A stretch of 64,000 nucleotides of DNA from Eledone cirrhosa (GCA_964016885.1 OZ024740.1:329902001-329966000); one strand, 5' to 3'; counted from the first letter of the stretch, positions 39,402 to 54,234 are shown. Notes: generated by a model not told the origin, from the sequence alone. Program-made: numbers and translations.

Positions 39402-42400
39402 CGTAAAGAAAATAAGAATGAAGAGAGAAACAAGCGGACGGACAGAGAAGAGAAGGGAAAAACTAAGTCAGACATTCGAACACTACATTACAATGAAACT
39501 TATGCTTATTCATTTTTGGGGTTTTTTCTGCCTGTGTGTTTGTTTGTTTATTTGTGTTCGTCTACAGCGTGGTGATAATGCCGCACAAGTGCCAAGTAGA
39601 GCGGCGCAACCACCGGAGACGGTGAATCCACAGATGGCTATGTAACCATACATTCGCCAATCCTCGATAAGAGTGTTTAAATATCGAACCTAAACAGTTC
39701 GAATAACGGTGAAATGGAGACTAGAACGTCATGTGACAGACTCTCACCCAACAGATTCTCCCTGGCTCAGCAGCAGGAACCTGACTGTCAACCAAATACT
39801 GCTGGTGTTGGAGGAAGAAGAAGAAGGAAAGAGGTCAGAACCAACTGGACGAAAGAATTGAATAGAACTGTTATGCAATGTTACCTGAAAAGTAACCCCA
39901 AAGAGAGGGGCTATAGGTGACGGATGTATAACATCTGGAACGAGATTGGTCTATTTAAATTAGATGAACAAAAATTGGCCGGGCAGGCTCGGGTAATAAG
40001 AACTAATGGGTGGATAAGTGAGCTGGAACTGGAGGAACTGAGCAGAGAGAATAGCTTGGAAATGGAGGGTGTAGTATGCCAGACAAACGAGCCAGTGGGA
40101 AATGAAGGTGAGGGGGTCGAGAGAACGGAGGAACCACCCGAAGCAGACAATGATCTGAATACTGAGATAAATAATACCTGGAACAGAGATACAGCCACTG
40201 AGGAGATGAATGCTGATGGGCTAGAACAAGATTCGGTTGACATCCTAAATTTAGTGGTAGATGAATTGAACAATGATAGTGGGAGACCTATGAACCTAAG
40301 ATTTGTAGACAGGAAAAAGTTAAAAGAAACAACAGCTAAGGTAAACAAAGTCATCCCATACCCTGAGGCGAGGAGCCTTCACCAGTGTAACAATATCCCC
40401 AAAGCAACAGCAAATACGGTGAGGAAACTACTTGGTATAAAAGTGAGAGGTAACAACAGACAAGAAAGAGCAGAGCCTTGGTGGAAGAAACGACTGAGTG
40501 GTCAAATCAAGGAAATGAGAAATGACATAGGAAAGCTTGAGTCACTACTGAATGGGACACTAAAAAACATAGGCACTAAAAATAGACTGGAAATAAAGTA
40601 CAAAACTAGGAGGAAAAAGCTAAATATTATCATAGAGGAACTGAAGCAACATATTGTAGCAAAGAGTGCAAAAATCAGGCGATACGAGAACAGAGTCAGT
40701 CAGTATAAACAGAACCGCATGTTCGACAACAACCAGAAGATGCTGTTTGGACAGCTTGAGGGGATAGAAAGAGGCAACGACTTGATCCCTGAGGCGGAAC
40801 AAACTAAAACATTCTGGAGAGGAATATGGGAGCAGGATGTTAGACATAATGACCAGGCAGGGTGGATTGAGACAGTACAGAGGGAGATCGGTGAGCAGGC
40901 ACACCGACAAACTGATTTGAGTATCACAGTTGAAACTCTTAAGGGGCAGGCCAAAAAACTAACCAACTGGAAATCACCAGGAACAGATGGTGTGCAGGGG
41001 TATTGGATTAAAAATTTAACATCCCTCCACTCGAAACTGACGGCCATGTTCAATGACTGCTTGGTGTCGGGTGAGGTGCCAGAGTGGTTGACAAAAGGTA
41101 CCACAGTTCTGATAATGAAAGACCGAATCAAGGGTAATGATGTTACCAACTATAGACCTATCACATGTCTGTCCGTAATGTGGAAACTGTTGACGAGCAT
41201 TGTGTCTGAGGAAATCTACCATCACCTCCACACAAACAACTTGTTACCGGACGAACAGAAAGGATGCCGAAAGAAGTCACGTGGTACAAAGGACCAGTTA
41301 CTTATTGATAAGATGGTAATGGGGAATTGCAGGAGGAGACACACTGATCTTGCCATGGGATGGATAGACTACAGAAAGGCATTTGACATGGTGCCTCATT
41401 CTTGGATCACCAAAAGCCTGGAGATATATATTCAAGGTGGCAGATAACATCAGACAGTTGCTGGGCAGGAGTATAGGGTCCTGGGAGACAGAGTTGACAT
41501 CAACTGGAGAATCCTTGGGAAGCGTGAAGATCAAGAGAGGTATCTTCCAGGGAGATAGCCTGTCCCCTCTGTTGTTTGTCCTTGCCCTGATGCCCTTGAC
41601 CATTATGCTGCGAAAAGTGAGAGCAGGATACAAGTTGGGAGAGGGAGAGCTTACCATCAATCACCTCCTCTTCATGGACGATCTTAAGCTCTTTGGGAAG
41701 AGTGAGAAGGAGTTGGATGTGCTTGTTGACACTGTCCGTATTTTCAGCAGTGATATATGTATGCAATTTGGTATTAGTAAGTGTGGAGTCATTGTGATGA
41801 GGAGGGGTAGGTTGAGCAGAAGTAACGGGATCCAGATACCAACAGGTGAGATGATAAAGGAAATTGACTCTGAGGAAGGATACAAGTATTTGGGCGTCCT
41901 GGAGGCTGATGGCATAAAGAACAAAAAAATGAAGGAATTGTTAAGAACTGAATACATTCGGAGAGTAAGGAGCGTATTGAAGTCACATCTGAACAGCAGA
42001 AATGCCATAAGCGCAGTAAATTCCCGAGCTGTGTCTATTATTAGGTACAGTGCGGGAATTATGAGATGGAATGTTGCTGAACAAAAAGAAATGGATAGGA
42101 AGACTAGGAAGCTATTGACTATCTACAACATGTTCCACAAGAGGAGTGATGTCGATAGACTCTACCTAAGGAGATCTGAGGGTGGAAGAGGTCTCATCAG
42201 CATAGAGAACTGTGTTCAGATGGAGAAAAACAACCTATACAAATACGTGACTGATAGTAAGGAGCCAATGCTCTGAACTGTACTGAAGGAGAGGACAATA
42301 GGCCAGGGGATGTCCAAGGAGGAAATAACATCAAGGGGAAAGATCAGCCTTCTGGGAAAATCCCTTCAGAATACCTTCTTTGAGAAAACTGAATTTAGAG

Positions 42401-43183
42401 ATCCACAGACATGGAACTGGTTGAGAAGAGGAGACCTCAAAAAGGCTACAGAAGGAATGTTAATGGCTGCGCAGGAGCAGGCCCTCAAAACGAAGTGGTT
42501 GAAACACCATATTTACAAGGAGGAGGCTAGCTCACTGTGCAGGATCTGTGGAGAGAGAGAGGAGACTTTGGCTCACATTGTATCCGAGTGTAAACACCTA
42601 GCCCAGACCCACTATAAGGGCTGGAGACATGATGTGATGGGCAGGGTGATCCACTGGCACCTGTGCAAAGTAAACAATTTACTACATTCTGAGAAATGGT
42701 ATGAGCATAGGCCAGAGGCGGTGATGGAGCACGATCAGGTGAAGGTGCTGTGGGATTTTAGGATACAGACGGACAAGAAACTGGAACACAATAGGCCTGA
42801 CCTGGTGGTTGTGGACAAAGAAAAAAGATCGTGTCTGATTGTGGATGTGGCCTGCCCATTCAACTCGAGAGTGCAAGAGAAGGAGAGGGAGAAAATTAAC
42901 CGATACCAGGACTTAAAGTGGGAGGTAAAAAGGATTTGGAAATGACATGAAGTCAAAGTGATCCCGATTGTCATAGGCGCACTGGGGACTATCTCAAAAA
43001 GTTTCAAGGGATGGTTAAAGAAAATTGGCCCCTTCACTCTTTTTGGAACACTTCAAAAGGCATGCTTGCTGGGAACAGCAAGAACCCTCCGATACGTCCT
43101 GAATATCTGAGGCTGCAGGTAGTGGCTTGATATTCATTCCAACGGACTTTCCAGTTAACCAACATCAATGACTGAGATTCAAG

Positions 43184-43188
<5 letters not shown>
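39393..43188 (+). mobile_element. R4/Dong LINE copy E, near full length, in (TAA)n
   Basis: 5' UTR shared with copy A; single ORF; short 3' UTR; (TAA)n on both flanks. Confidence 0.93.
39714..43110 (+). pseudogene. Disrupted single ORF of the R4/Dong element (N-terminal domain, RT, CCHC, RLE)
   Basis: Stops at 39918, 42274 and 42943 and a frameshift at ~41428; ends YVLNI*. Confidence 0.92.
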
Positions 43189-43243
<55 letters not shown>

Positions 43244-43245
<2 letters not shown>

Positions 43246-43743
43246 TTTTCTTTATTAACCACAAGGGTTTACATAAAGTAGACATTAAGGACAGTACAGG
43301 ACAATACAGGACGGTACAAATGGGCATTTCTGCGTGTAAAAAAAACAGAGGATGAAATAAAATAACAAAGAAAAATTCCCCAATAGGGGGGAGACTTCCG
43401 AGGGACATTTGTGGAGAAAGCCCATTAAAAGACCACAGTGGCCCTGACCACCAGGGCAAGTGCCCTCTCCCAGTTTTCCACCTTTAATTTACAGACACAT
43501 ACTCAGAGAAGGCCCATTCATTCGGGCCATACTTGCTTCTCTCACCCATCTTTCAACAAAATGCTGGGAAGAGAGCACTTCCCTCTCTACCCTGATTTTC
43601 CTTTTCAGATGAAATTTGAAAAAGTTAATCAGGGCATCACCGAAGAGGTAAGTGCTCGTCTTCAGCCCTTTCAAACGTGTCCACCATACTATCTCTTTCG
43701 CCATGGCCACCAGACAGATAAAAACTGCCTGCCCTTCCCGGCT
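43244..43743 (-). mobile_element. Tx1/L1-type LINE 3' fragment inserted in (TAA)n
   Basis: ORF2-like C-terminus AMAKEIVWWTR..FVERW followed by a 3' UTR with AATAAA just before (ATT)n. Confidence 0.6.
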
Positions 43744-45026
43744 AATAATAATAATAATAATAATAATAATAAGAAGAAGAAGAAGAAGAAGAAAAAGAAG
43801 AAGAAGAAGAAGAAGAAGAAGATCAATTCTGGTGATAGTAAATTTGAAGGAATGACAAACGTTCTGCTACAGGCTATTGTTACCACGTACAATATTTTGA
43901 ATCAAAATATTCAATATTTAATTCCATTTATATTTTAGCTATTCTGGTTCTGGGTTTCTGAACAAATCTATCGATTTCCATTAAATATTACGATTTCACA
44001 TTTGATTGCAACTGTAGTAGTGTGTAGTCTCCTCTATATCTAAATCGAACTTCACAGGATAATCCTAACTTTCGGTATACACTCTAGTTGTATTCTCCCC
44101 TTCCTTACGATATTCATCATATAGGCTATTAAAGTATTGAATTTTGTATTTGATATGATTTCACATCTACTGTATCAGCACATTTAATATTTCTCTTTCT
44201 ACTTTCTATAGCGTTGCATAACTCAGCTAAGCAATTATTAAAGGACTCATCTATAGGAACAAATACATTATTGATTTAAACGTTCCCTGAACAATCTCAT
44301 CCAAAATCAAAAGAAACTATAATCGAAATGCACACACACATACGTACACAGTCACGCACCTGCACACACACACGTACACATGCACACACACATAATATAT
44401 ATATATATATATTTGCAAGTTTTCCCAATTGTAAGCTTTCCACTTTTCTAAGAATAAATATGCAAACGCTGAAATTTTTTTCGAAGATTAAAGTAAATTG
44501 GTTAATAAAATCACTTATAATTCATTGATCTCATTTTGTATTGAATGAATCTAACATAAAATAGCTACATTAGCAGAGTAAAATATTACACAGTTTGGAC
44601 AATGTAACAGCGTTGCGAATGAATCTTGAAATAACTTGGCTAGAAGTGATGAAACAAAAGATGAAAAGAAGAGGAAGAAAAGTATAGAGATATATTTGTA
44701 TAACATTTCAAAGCGGGTTTCGAGAGAAGGGTAATAAAATGTATAGAATACAAAGCTAGTTGGTGAAATTTGAGTTTATATGAATGATTTGTTGTGCAAA
44801 GGTTAGTTAAACGGTCATAACTATAACCTTAGTGAGGGCTATGGCGACTGCAGTTGAATGCCAAATGATCCGTCCCGGTAAGGTCAATAGAACTGTCTTA
44901 CTTTCAATCTGTCAGGAGAACAACGTTCAAGTTAAACTAATATTATCGTAATTCCTTTAAGATAATGTAATAAATCAAAACTATCGCTTTTATATAAGAC
45001 CTTGACACATTCGCTACACACACACT

Positions 45027-45057
<31 letters not shown>

Positions 45058-45250
45058 TCACTTCTGCGTTCACAGATTGACTTTGTTAGTCTCAGAAGAT
45101 CCTATTAAGGTTGAAAGCAGCGATTCTTTGCTTAAACTTTAATCTGTTATTTTAATAAATATTTGCTCTACGGTTCTTATATATTTGATGTATATTTATC
45201 CTTATCGAGGCCTCTTTGGATTTTAGTCTTCAAATTTATTATTATTACTA
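45058..45250 (+). mobile_element. Penelope pLTR fragment with family A hammerhead-like motif (45073-45146)
   Basis: Matches 3188-3370; CAGAAGA...GAAAgcagcgattctttgctt retained. Confidence 0.85.
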
Positions 45251-45267
45251 TATATATATATATATAT

Positions 45268-48155
45268 TGTAGTGACCTACAATCCGCGGGCTCACATACA
45301 TTCTCTGTGCGTGATTTGGCTCAGCTCAGCCAATCAGCGCCAGGAGAAGAGGATGTATCCCTGCGCGTCCTGAGGGAGAAATAGCCCGCGAAGATTTGAG
45401 GAATCTCACTCTTGCAGCTTGACCACGCTAAGGTAAAACACCGCTTGTTCTTTTGCTCCGTAAGCACAAATAATATGTAACAACACAACAATTTTACTAC
45501 GGACCTGGCCAAACACCTCAGCCAGTCGACCGTATTTTCTCTTATAATCTTAATTGAATTATTTCATTATTCTTGGCATGCCAACTTAATTCACTTCTTA
45601 ACCTTTGATAATAAATTATGTAAAAACAAGCTAAAGTCGTTGTCGATATTCCTATCATATCTTTCTACCAAAGGTGGTTCCTCGTGGCGACATTACAACT
45701 TCACAATACACTATCTGATAAATTGGTAACCCTCGACGATTAAGTATGAAAACGCAGCCTATTTGAATTCGCCATTCGTTTTAATGGCTATGTGGAGTGG
45801 CTTAACATTTGGAATGTTCGAATCGGGTATCTAGACTCATTTAGCGTGAGTCCATAAAATTCATAATATTCCATTTGTTGAAGCACGCGGCCTGCACAAT
45901 ATTTCTGTCATAACTTTCATGGTAACACTAGTAACTCAGGCATACAGACGAACAGAAAAATACAACACAAAAGAAAGAGTTTTTTCGTCGACTAACAAAA
46001 AATTTCTCTTTTGGATTGAAAATTATGCGATGTCTTCTATCCGGTTGAGGTGGTTTGGTATATTTCAATTAGTTGATAAAATGAGTACGGTGATCACTGA
46101 CTAAGAACAACTTGCCTTGCAAGCATAGTTTGATAAAAACAAAAAAACAAACAAAAATATTAAAAGAAAGGATTTCTCTGGATATAGGATTTTGCTTTCA
46201 AACTTCTGTTAAAGTTACAAAATGGAGACTCAAAAAATTTGTTTCCCCGCGTACAGCTTGTCTTCTTCAATCCCAGCCATCTGATTGGCTGCATCGTGCC
46301 ACATGACGGCTTATTCATCACGGACACATTTTTCAATCGGCCCTCTTGGGATTTTCTTGCGAATAATTTTCATGGAAAATAATTTTTTTTATTATTAAAA
46401 TTTTCTTTAGAATACTTTTAGAAAGAAAATTAGCAGTATTTCAAAAACTTTACGCCACGAGGAAATTTCAAAACGGCTACCACCAAGTACCAGCCATCAG
46501 CAGCAACACATGGCTAACTATTAACCAACACCAGGGAACGGCTTGTAACGTTACCGACGCAACCACCATACCTTCTGTCTCGTTACCACAAGGACTCGAG
46601 AAATTAAGACAGTAGTTTTCTCACCATTATGGCGTCAGACGTGGCTGCCATGTTTGTGACTCTAGCTTCTTTAACGCTCGACTTCTACTCTACAGAAGAT
46701 TCATTGTGACTTTGCTTTAACAACAACAACAACTCTACTAGCTCCCTAGTAAGAGCGTTCCCAAAGAAAAAAGAAGCGAACTTTTTGTTAAAAGAAAAGA
46801 AACAATTCTTTCTTTCTTCCTTTTTTTTTTCAGGCATTTATTTTGGACATTTATTTTTTTTAAAACTGTATTATATGAAAATTCATTTCTCTCTATCATT
46901 TTATATGTGACCGCACGCACACATTTTCTTTGCTGTATTACATGCCTGCATATATACACACACCAACATGTTGTTGTCTAAAGTATGTGATCTTCAAGCG
47001 TCGTAATATTCTGCGAGATCCCTTTTCACCTTCTGGAGGTACCAAAACATGCTATCGTCACTTGCAGCTTAATTCACCTGCACCGCAACACGAGAATGCT
47101 AATTGCAGCTGAACTCAAACAGTTTCGCATCTCGTTGCACATTCATCGTCCATAACAACCTCTATATTGTTATCTTACCCAACGCACCGGGAAAACAACA
47201 AATAGAACTGGTCTTGTCAGCATTTCCACCACTTCTGTGGATTCGCCCGAATTGTGGGACTGCAACCCACCTACAGATTCAGCTTGCTTTTTTTTTCTTA
47301 TCAAAGCAACCAGCCATTTTTTCCTGGCTCCCTAGCACATTCGGCAATACATCTGGGAGGCCAACATTTTCTCGCCTACCCATCATCTTCTTGCCAGCAC
47401 TGGTAAACTACCATAATAGCTTCGTCCACAGCTACTGGTACAACACTTACCATTAACATTTAATGCAAGAACAGCAACTTCGCCCATGTCAGACTTTATC
47501 CGTTTTCTGTTAGACCTTTGGCGGTCACGTATAAACTACAAAACGGCGAGTCATTTGACAGCGGCTCAACACGGCCCGTAGCGCCTAATTTTTTTTCTTC
47601 CATGCATCCTTCTGCTCAATTATTTTTTCACTGATGTGCTCTTTCAGCATGTGTTCTTGCTGATTCAATAATCTGTATCGACTTCCGTCTAAAAGGGGGG
47701 TATTGTAGTGACCTAGCAGCGGGCTCACATACATTCTCTGTGCGTGATTTGGCTGAGCTCAGCCAATCAGCGCCAGGAGAAGAGGATGTATCCCTGCGCG
47801 TCCTGAGGGAGAAATAGCCCGCGAAGATTTGAGGAATCTCACTCTTGCAGCTCGACCACGCTAAGGTAAAACACCACTTGTTCTTTTGCTCCGTAAGCAC
47901 AAACAATATGTAACGGCACAACAATTTTACTACGGACCTGGCCAAACGCCTCAGCCAGTCGACCGTATTTTCTCTTATAATCTTAATTGAATTATTTCAT
48001 TATTCTTGGCATGCCAACTTAATTCACTTCTTAACCCTTGTTAATAAATAATGTAAAAACAAGCTAAAGTCGTTGTCGATATTCCTATCATATCTTTCTA
48101 CCAAAGGTGGTTCCTCGTGGCGACATTACAACTTCACAATACACTATCTGCTAAA
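45268..48155 (+). mobile_element. Non-autonomous LTR retrotransposon (Gypsy-like signals) inserted in (TA)n
   Basis: About 453-bp direct repeats 45268-45722 and 47704-48155 starting TGTAGT; PBS-like tggtaaccctcgacg at 45724; PPT aaaagggggg at 47691-47700; no RT/IN in the ~2-kb interior. Confidence 0.88.
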
Positions 48156-48178
48156 TATATATATATATATATATAAAT

Positions 48179-48263
<85 letters not shown>

Positions 48264-48624
48264 TATGTATATATGTATTTATGTAAGTTCTTCGAAATCT
48301 TTGTTATGCTTCTCGGATCTGCGAAAGAAATTTAATAAAAAGAAAGAATCGAATGGACCTAGCTTTTCATGGATTTGACAGAGTGTGCTTTAAAACAAAT
48401 AAAATAAAAAGATTATATGCGGTCTCTCTAAAATCGGTGAACGTGATATTGGTGTGTTTTTACATTGAATAAGTAAAATCCAAATGTTGCAATTTCATAT
48501 TATATAATACGCATAAACTTGACGTACGGACTTTCCACAACATGATTTCAAATACAGTCTCTCAAATTACGTTTTGATGTTTGTAATATTCATACTGTGT
48601 AACTGTCTAATATGTTTTTGAAAT

Positions 48625-48660
<36 letters not shown>

Positions 48661-48662
<2 letters not shown>

Positions 48663-49070
48663 TAAATTTAGTCCTTCATCAGTGATCTTCCAACCTTCAT
48701 TGGTATTTCATCGCTTTAAGGACCATATACCTCCGGCTGGTGCGAGCAACGGCTAAAGAAAGTCGTTGGGACACGTAAATGGGGGGAACGAGCGAGACAG
48801 TAAACAATCAAAGATGGTAATGCAACGAAAAGTGAGGAAGAAGGAGTCAAGTCCCTGGAATCGATGAACATAAGTTCTGTGAAATCGTGGACGAGAGAGA
48901 ATAAAGACCATCAAACCTGGTTGAAATGTGAGTAAGGAAAGAATTTCGCACAGGTCAAACGCGAGGAAGAAGGAGTCAAGTCCCTGAAATCGATGAACAT
49001 AAGTTCTGGGAAATCGAAGACGAGTGTGCGTGAGGAAAGAATATCGCACAGGTCCAACGGGAGGAAGTAG
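48661..49070 (-). repeat. Repeat fragment ending in a truncated CTGATGA-aggac motif, with an internal ~130-bp duplication
   Basis: gtccttcatcag at 48671-48682 next to (TA)n; gaggaagaaggagtcaagtccctg.aatcgatgaacataagttctg occurs at ~48834 and ~48963. Confidence 0.55.
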
Positions 49071-52000
49071 GAGAAGGAGTAGCAGAGAGTTAGTGAGTGA
49101 ATGTGGGAGGAAGAAGCTAACAGAGAGAGTGACTGTTAGAGGGGGTAAAATGAAGTGAGAGATACAGAGAAAAGAGGAAGCAGTAAGAAAGAAATATATA
49201 TATATATATATATATTAATAGACACATATATATATATATATATATATATATTAATAGACATACCAATTTTCTGAAAAATATTAAAATTAACAGAATGTTA
49301 ATTCAACAAAACAGCTGCATTCGAGAGAAGAATGATTGGCGTAATTGACATAATCGAGAACCACAAGGGATGCATACATAGGGGAGGGGTGACCACGTCT
49401 CTCGTTTCAGAGACAACATTTGTTCTATTAGAATGACAGAGTGGACACCAAGGAAGCGGAAAAGAACCTGAGAGTGATCATAACCCAGATACGTCGACCC
49501 ACATGGCCCAATATGGCAGGAGATAGGAGGCAACAGGTCAGACATAGATTTAGCACTTGGGATTTGGGATGTAAATGTATTTATACGCGTTTCATTCATT
49601 GGATCTTTTCCTTTTTATAGTTTCTGTCTTTCACGATGATCTCTTCAACCAACCAGTATTCTTTGAAATATGCTGATGTGTAGATTCAATGTCACAATTT
49701 ATCACTTTTGAACCTCACCCCGCTCTCACGATTTAAAAATAAATATAAATTATCAAGTTGTAAGAAGAAGAGAATTATCCATTAATTATTTATGTCCTGC
49801 CTAGCTTCTGAAATGTCTAAGACTGCTGCTCCTCTTGAGACTATGGAGGGCAACCCCCAAAACAGTCGGGCGAGGAAGGATATATAGAATGCAGTAGGTC
49901 TTTGTGTCACAATTGTAATCCGGTTGGTGTTGGAAGCAATTAACATTTTTATGGCGGGCATTCTGATGATAAAATGTAAAAATTAATTATTTGCTCTAAC
50001 AATGTTTTCCACGGAAATAGGGCGTCCAAAGGAAGGCTAATTTGAAAATAATTTGCAGTTTTAGAAGTATTTCATGAGAAGGGGTATGATGTCGAGACTG
50101 ATAGAGACCTCAGCAATGAAAGAAGTACAACAGAATAAGGTGGTGAGCAGATGATTTTATGATGCATGTGTTGCGTAGTGGACTCTTTAAAAGATGTGGC
50201 TCACACTTGTTGCATTTGTGCTTCTTGTGTTTCACAAATTATTAACTGTGGTGAACGGGTGCTAATATCAAATCTCTTCAGGTTGTTGGTGCCCCATTGT
50301 TCTTTCTCAGCAGACTATATTTTCTGAAGTGTTTTCTTTTAATTTAAGAAGGAAAAGTGCGGTTGAATGGTAGTTGATTACTATTTTGAGTATATCGCAT
50401 GACCGAGCCGAAACACTCCCGATGCCTCATGTAGAGAAACTGACATTAGTTATCAAATGTTTTCACGTTTTCCGTCTCTATCTCTATTCATAGGGATATT
50501 GACAGATTTTGATAAGTGGATGGTAAATGGGGATGGAATTTGAATGACGTTTTATTAAGAAGCTGACAGAAACTGTGTTAAATTCATCTACAGGTGAAAT
50601 TCTCGCACCATGCGTGAGAAGATTTTGAGTATCATGTTTCTAGATGGGATTCATTTTCGCAGGAACAAAAAGATTTATTTTCAAATATGGAAGCAAAATC
50701 TCCTTAGCAGCATGGATTATGTGGGTATCCGTTACTTCATAACATGTTATTTAATTTGCTTTGAAGCGTAGCTAACCTGGCGCAATATAGTGCCGTGGAT
50801 GGTGATGGGAGAATACCTATAAATAGCATACATGACTTGTCATTCCCAGAGAACTGGCGTTATTAAAACTAAACGCACATAAATATTTCCAGTCAAGAAC
50901 ATGTGTCATCATTAACTACATCCTCACTGTATGACCATAGAAATAATATCAATTGCAACAACACACTTATATATCCAAAACACACAACGTTACGGGTTCT
51001 TTCAATATGAGCAATAATAGCTTACATCATTGAACGTTATACAAACTTCCAATCATATACGATCATAGCTACCTCAATAATGACATAGTACACACTGGCT
51101 TAGTAATCCAGCACTAAAACTTATTTTAGGTATGACAATGCGTAAACTCTTTGAAAGTCCCATGCGTTTACACGCACATTGTAGCGTTTCTGTTAGATAT
51201 TAAATAAATTGACCATATCTCAGTGTCGATGTTATACACCAAACACCAGACTGCATATGTCCGTCTGAAATCAATTATTTGACAAGAAAATGTCAGATGT
51301 TTAATGTTTCCTATACCCTCGATATGTTTTATAAGTCTATGAAATATCTTGTATTTCGTATTAGCACAAAGTTATATTACATGTTGTACTTATGTTGACG
51401 AAAACGACAGAATCTATACGTATGAAATGAAATATTCTAACTATAGAAATGTACATACTGACATAACCCTACATTATATACAAAGTGAATTTGTCTAAGC
51501 AAATGATTATTAATTTTAGAAATGAAGTAGAGTTGATTAAATATCTCTACAAATATTTAATATATTGATTTCATTCATCTCGAAGTGATAGAAAAGTAAA
51601 ACCTCCTAATTCCAAATCAACGAATAATTATTAAATAAGCAACTTTTTTTAAATTTAGTATAAGTTTGAGCTTCATTGGTTCTACCGCTTCCTCGAAACT
51701 CTCTTTGAACAGAATATATATTCTTTATTTAAGAAAGTGTAAAAGTTATGAAACCAAACATACATTATATAACGCCTATATTTCAAATTAATTTCAATTT
51801 CAATAAAATGCCGGGGAAAATATTTAACAACAAAATCTCAAATGTTTAATGCTTGCTATACACATGATGAGTTTTATATTTCTATGAAATACCTTGTCAT
51901 AATAACATATTAACTCGTTCCATCATTGTCTAACATAGTACTAAATATACATCGGTTGCTCTTTCTGAGATAAACTTAATAACCTTTGATATATTGTGGA

Positions 52001-52422
52001 CCGCCAAACATCAGATAATTTTGTGTCTTAGCCAATTTAATTTCACCAACAAGAGAATATTTGGCAACCAGTTGTTATAAGTAAACTCTGATTCCCGTAA
52101 TTATTAACAGAATCTGAATTGAAATCAATTTAGATTGTTCTAGATGTTTCAGATTATAAAATATTAATACATTTGATAGAAAATCAAATTAGAAATTACA
52201 AAGTTATTAAGCAATTTCATATGTTGAACGGAAGATATATTTTAAAGTTAATCATTTATTTCCTACAGGGTACCAATACTATTTGCCTTATCCCATATAT
52301 TAAAATACTTAAGTTTTATTATTAGTAAATATTCCCATATTGTGTTAGATAATTAAAATTAGTGTTAATAGAATTCAATACCATGCTAACCCTTCGAGGA
52401 AACATACCCGCAATCTAACAAA

Positions 52423-52466
<44 letters not shown>

Positions 52467-52505
52467 ATCTCTCTCTATCTATCTATCTATCTCTCTCTCT
52501 CTCTA

Positions 52506-52596
<91 letters not shown>

Positions 52597-52620
52597 TACA
52601 CACACGCGCGCGCGCGCGCT
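52423..52620. repeat. (CT)n/(CA)n/(CG)n compound microsatellite
   Basis: Direct inspection. Confidence 0.95.
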
Positions 52621-53587
52621 AGAGTATTCAAAATATCACAGTACTAAGCTTTAACCAGGCGAGAATGGGTGAGAGAGATGTGATGGTTATGAGTGAGAAA
52701 AAGAAATAGGAGTATACACGAGAGTATGAGAGGAGAAAAAACGGGAATACGGCTTAGATGAATACGACCGAATTATACTAGAAACACCCATAGTTACTCT
52801 ATGCAGTATCTCGTCGGTGGTCCATGATATTAAAATATTATAAATTTGCTCGACCTCAGACTGCTCTGTCCAGAGGCCACCTTAATCTCGGGATTTAAAG
52901 AAAAATGAATCTTACGTGATATTACTTTTATGACATACTTGACTACAAATAAAACACGGGCAGAAATGGTAAATTGCTTTTGCCTGTCGTTGGATAGCTT
53001 CTCTACATCAGGCGAAATATTTATCGAAGACAGGAGTAGAACATCACCCAGATGGTCTATTTTAAGGATGAAATGAAATAACTGTATGCCAGACACACGG
53101 ACTTGTTTTAGGTAAGTCTGGGCCATTCCACATCCAAGTCATTAACATATTAGGTATATCCATATATACACGAATACACGAATATGATCTCAAAGTCTGA
53201 CTATTCTATCTGTCTGAGTTGATTGTTTGTTACTGTCACGCAAGAAATTACGTTCAGCTATGTGAGCCTTGATGCTAGACGTGTTCTCTTGTCAGTATTC
53301 TAATCCAAAATAATTCAGAGCACTCTTTCAGGGATAGCTTAGACTGAGATTGAAACCTGTTGGTGTGCCGGAGAACAATTCTTCGCGGGCCGGATCTTAC
53401 CGATCCCTGCTGTAGACATTCATCTACCGACGTTTTCACATTAAAACAAGCGCTAATAATTACCAAACACATGTAGCCCACCTAATTGTAAGCGATTGTG
53501 TGAAATGCCTTTAAATATTGAATCTTACTAGACTGAACAGTTAAACACCCTAAATGAATCTAATTATTTTCTAGCGATAGTATAACA

Positions 53588-53772
53588 TAATTGTTTCTAC
53601 TTTAGGCACAAGGCCAGCAATTACCCAGTGCATTACTGGTACTTTATTTTATCGACCCCGTAAGGATGAAAGGCAAAGTTAAGCTCGGCGGGATTTGAAC
53701 TCAGATCGTAAAGGGACGTAACTATGCTGGAAAGCATGGCGTCCGACCCTCTACCGATACTGCCAATCCATA
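53588..53772 (-). mobile_element. tRNA-derived SINE (octopus-type)
   Basis: Reverse complement of the 21213-21405 family. Confidence 0.85.
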
Positions 53773-54234
53773 TCCTTTTTAGTTTCTCCTTGCCTGCATA
53801 CATTCATACTCTTTTTTATAAACTAACCAAATAGTTAGATCTGCTCATTTAAGTATTCAATCCTATATGTATGTTTTATATATATATCATATCCTAATAT
53901 GTATATAATTTAGCTTCAACATAGCTGTATACATATATGTATGTGAATTCCGTATATCTTAAGGTATATGGTATGTTGAATAAATAAACATTTTGAAAGC
54001 GAAACAATGAATATTGAAACGTTGACAACACGCGTTGTCTATTGGATTCCAGCAGAAACAGCGAGGGATAACTGATTATGCATATTTCGAAATTAATGAT
54101 GCTTATCGACAGTGATTACTTGCTGCCTTCTGTTGAAACCTGAAAACAGACGAGGATATATGGTGTTTTCACATGTGTAGGTCGGTTGATTAGCCTCTAT
54201 TGGATATGAAGCTGTATAAGTTAGCTCAACTTAA

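Noticed and set aside
54010-54190. Hammerhead-like arrangement (TTGACAA ... GAAA-cct/agg-TC)
   Set aside because: Long hairpins exist, but the core is not adjacent to helix II and helix I does not pair.
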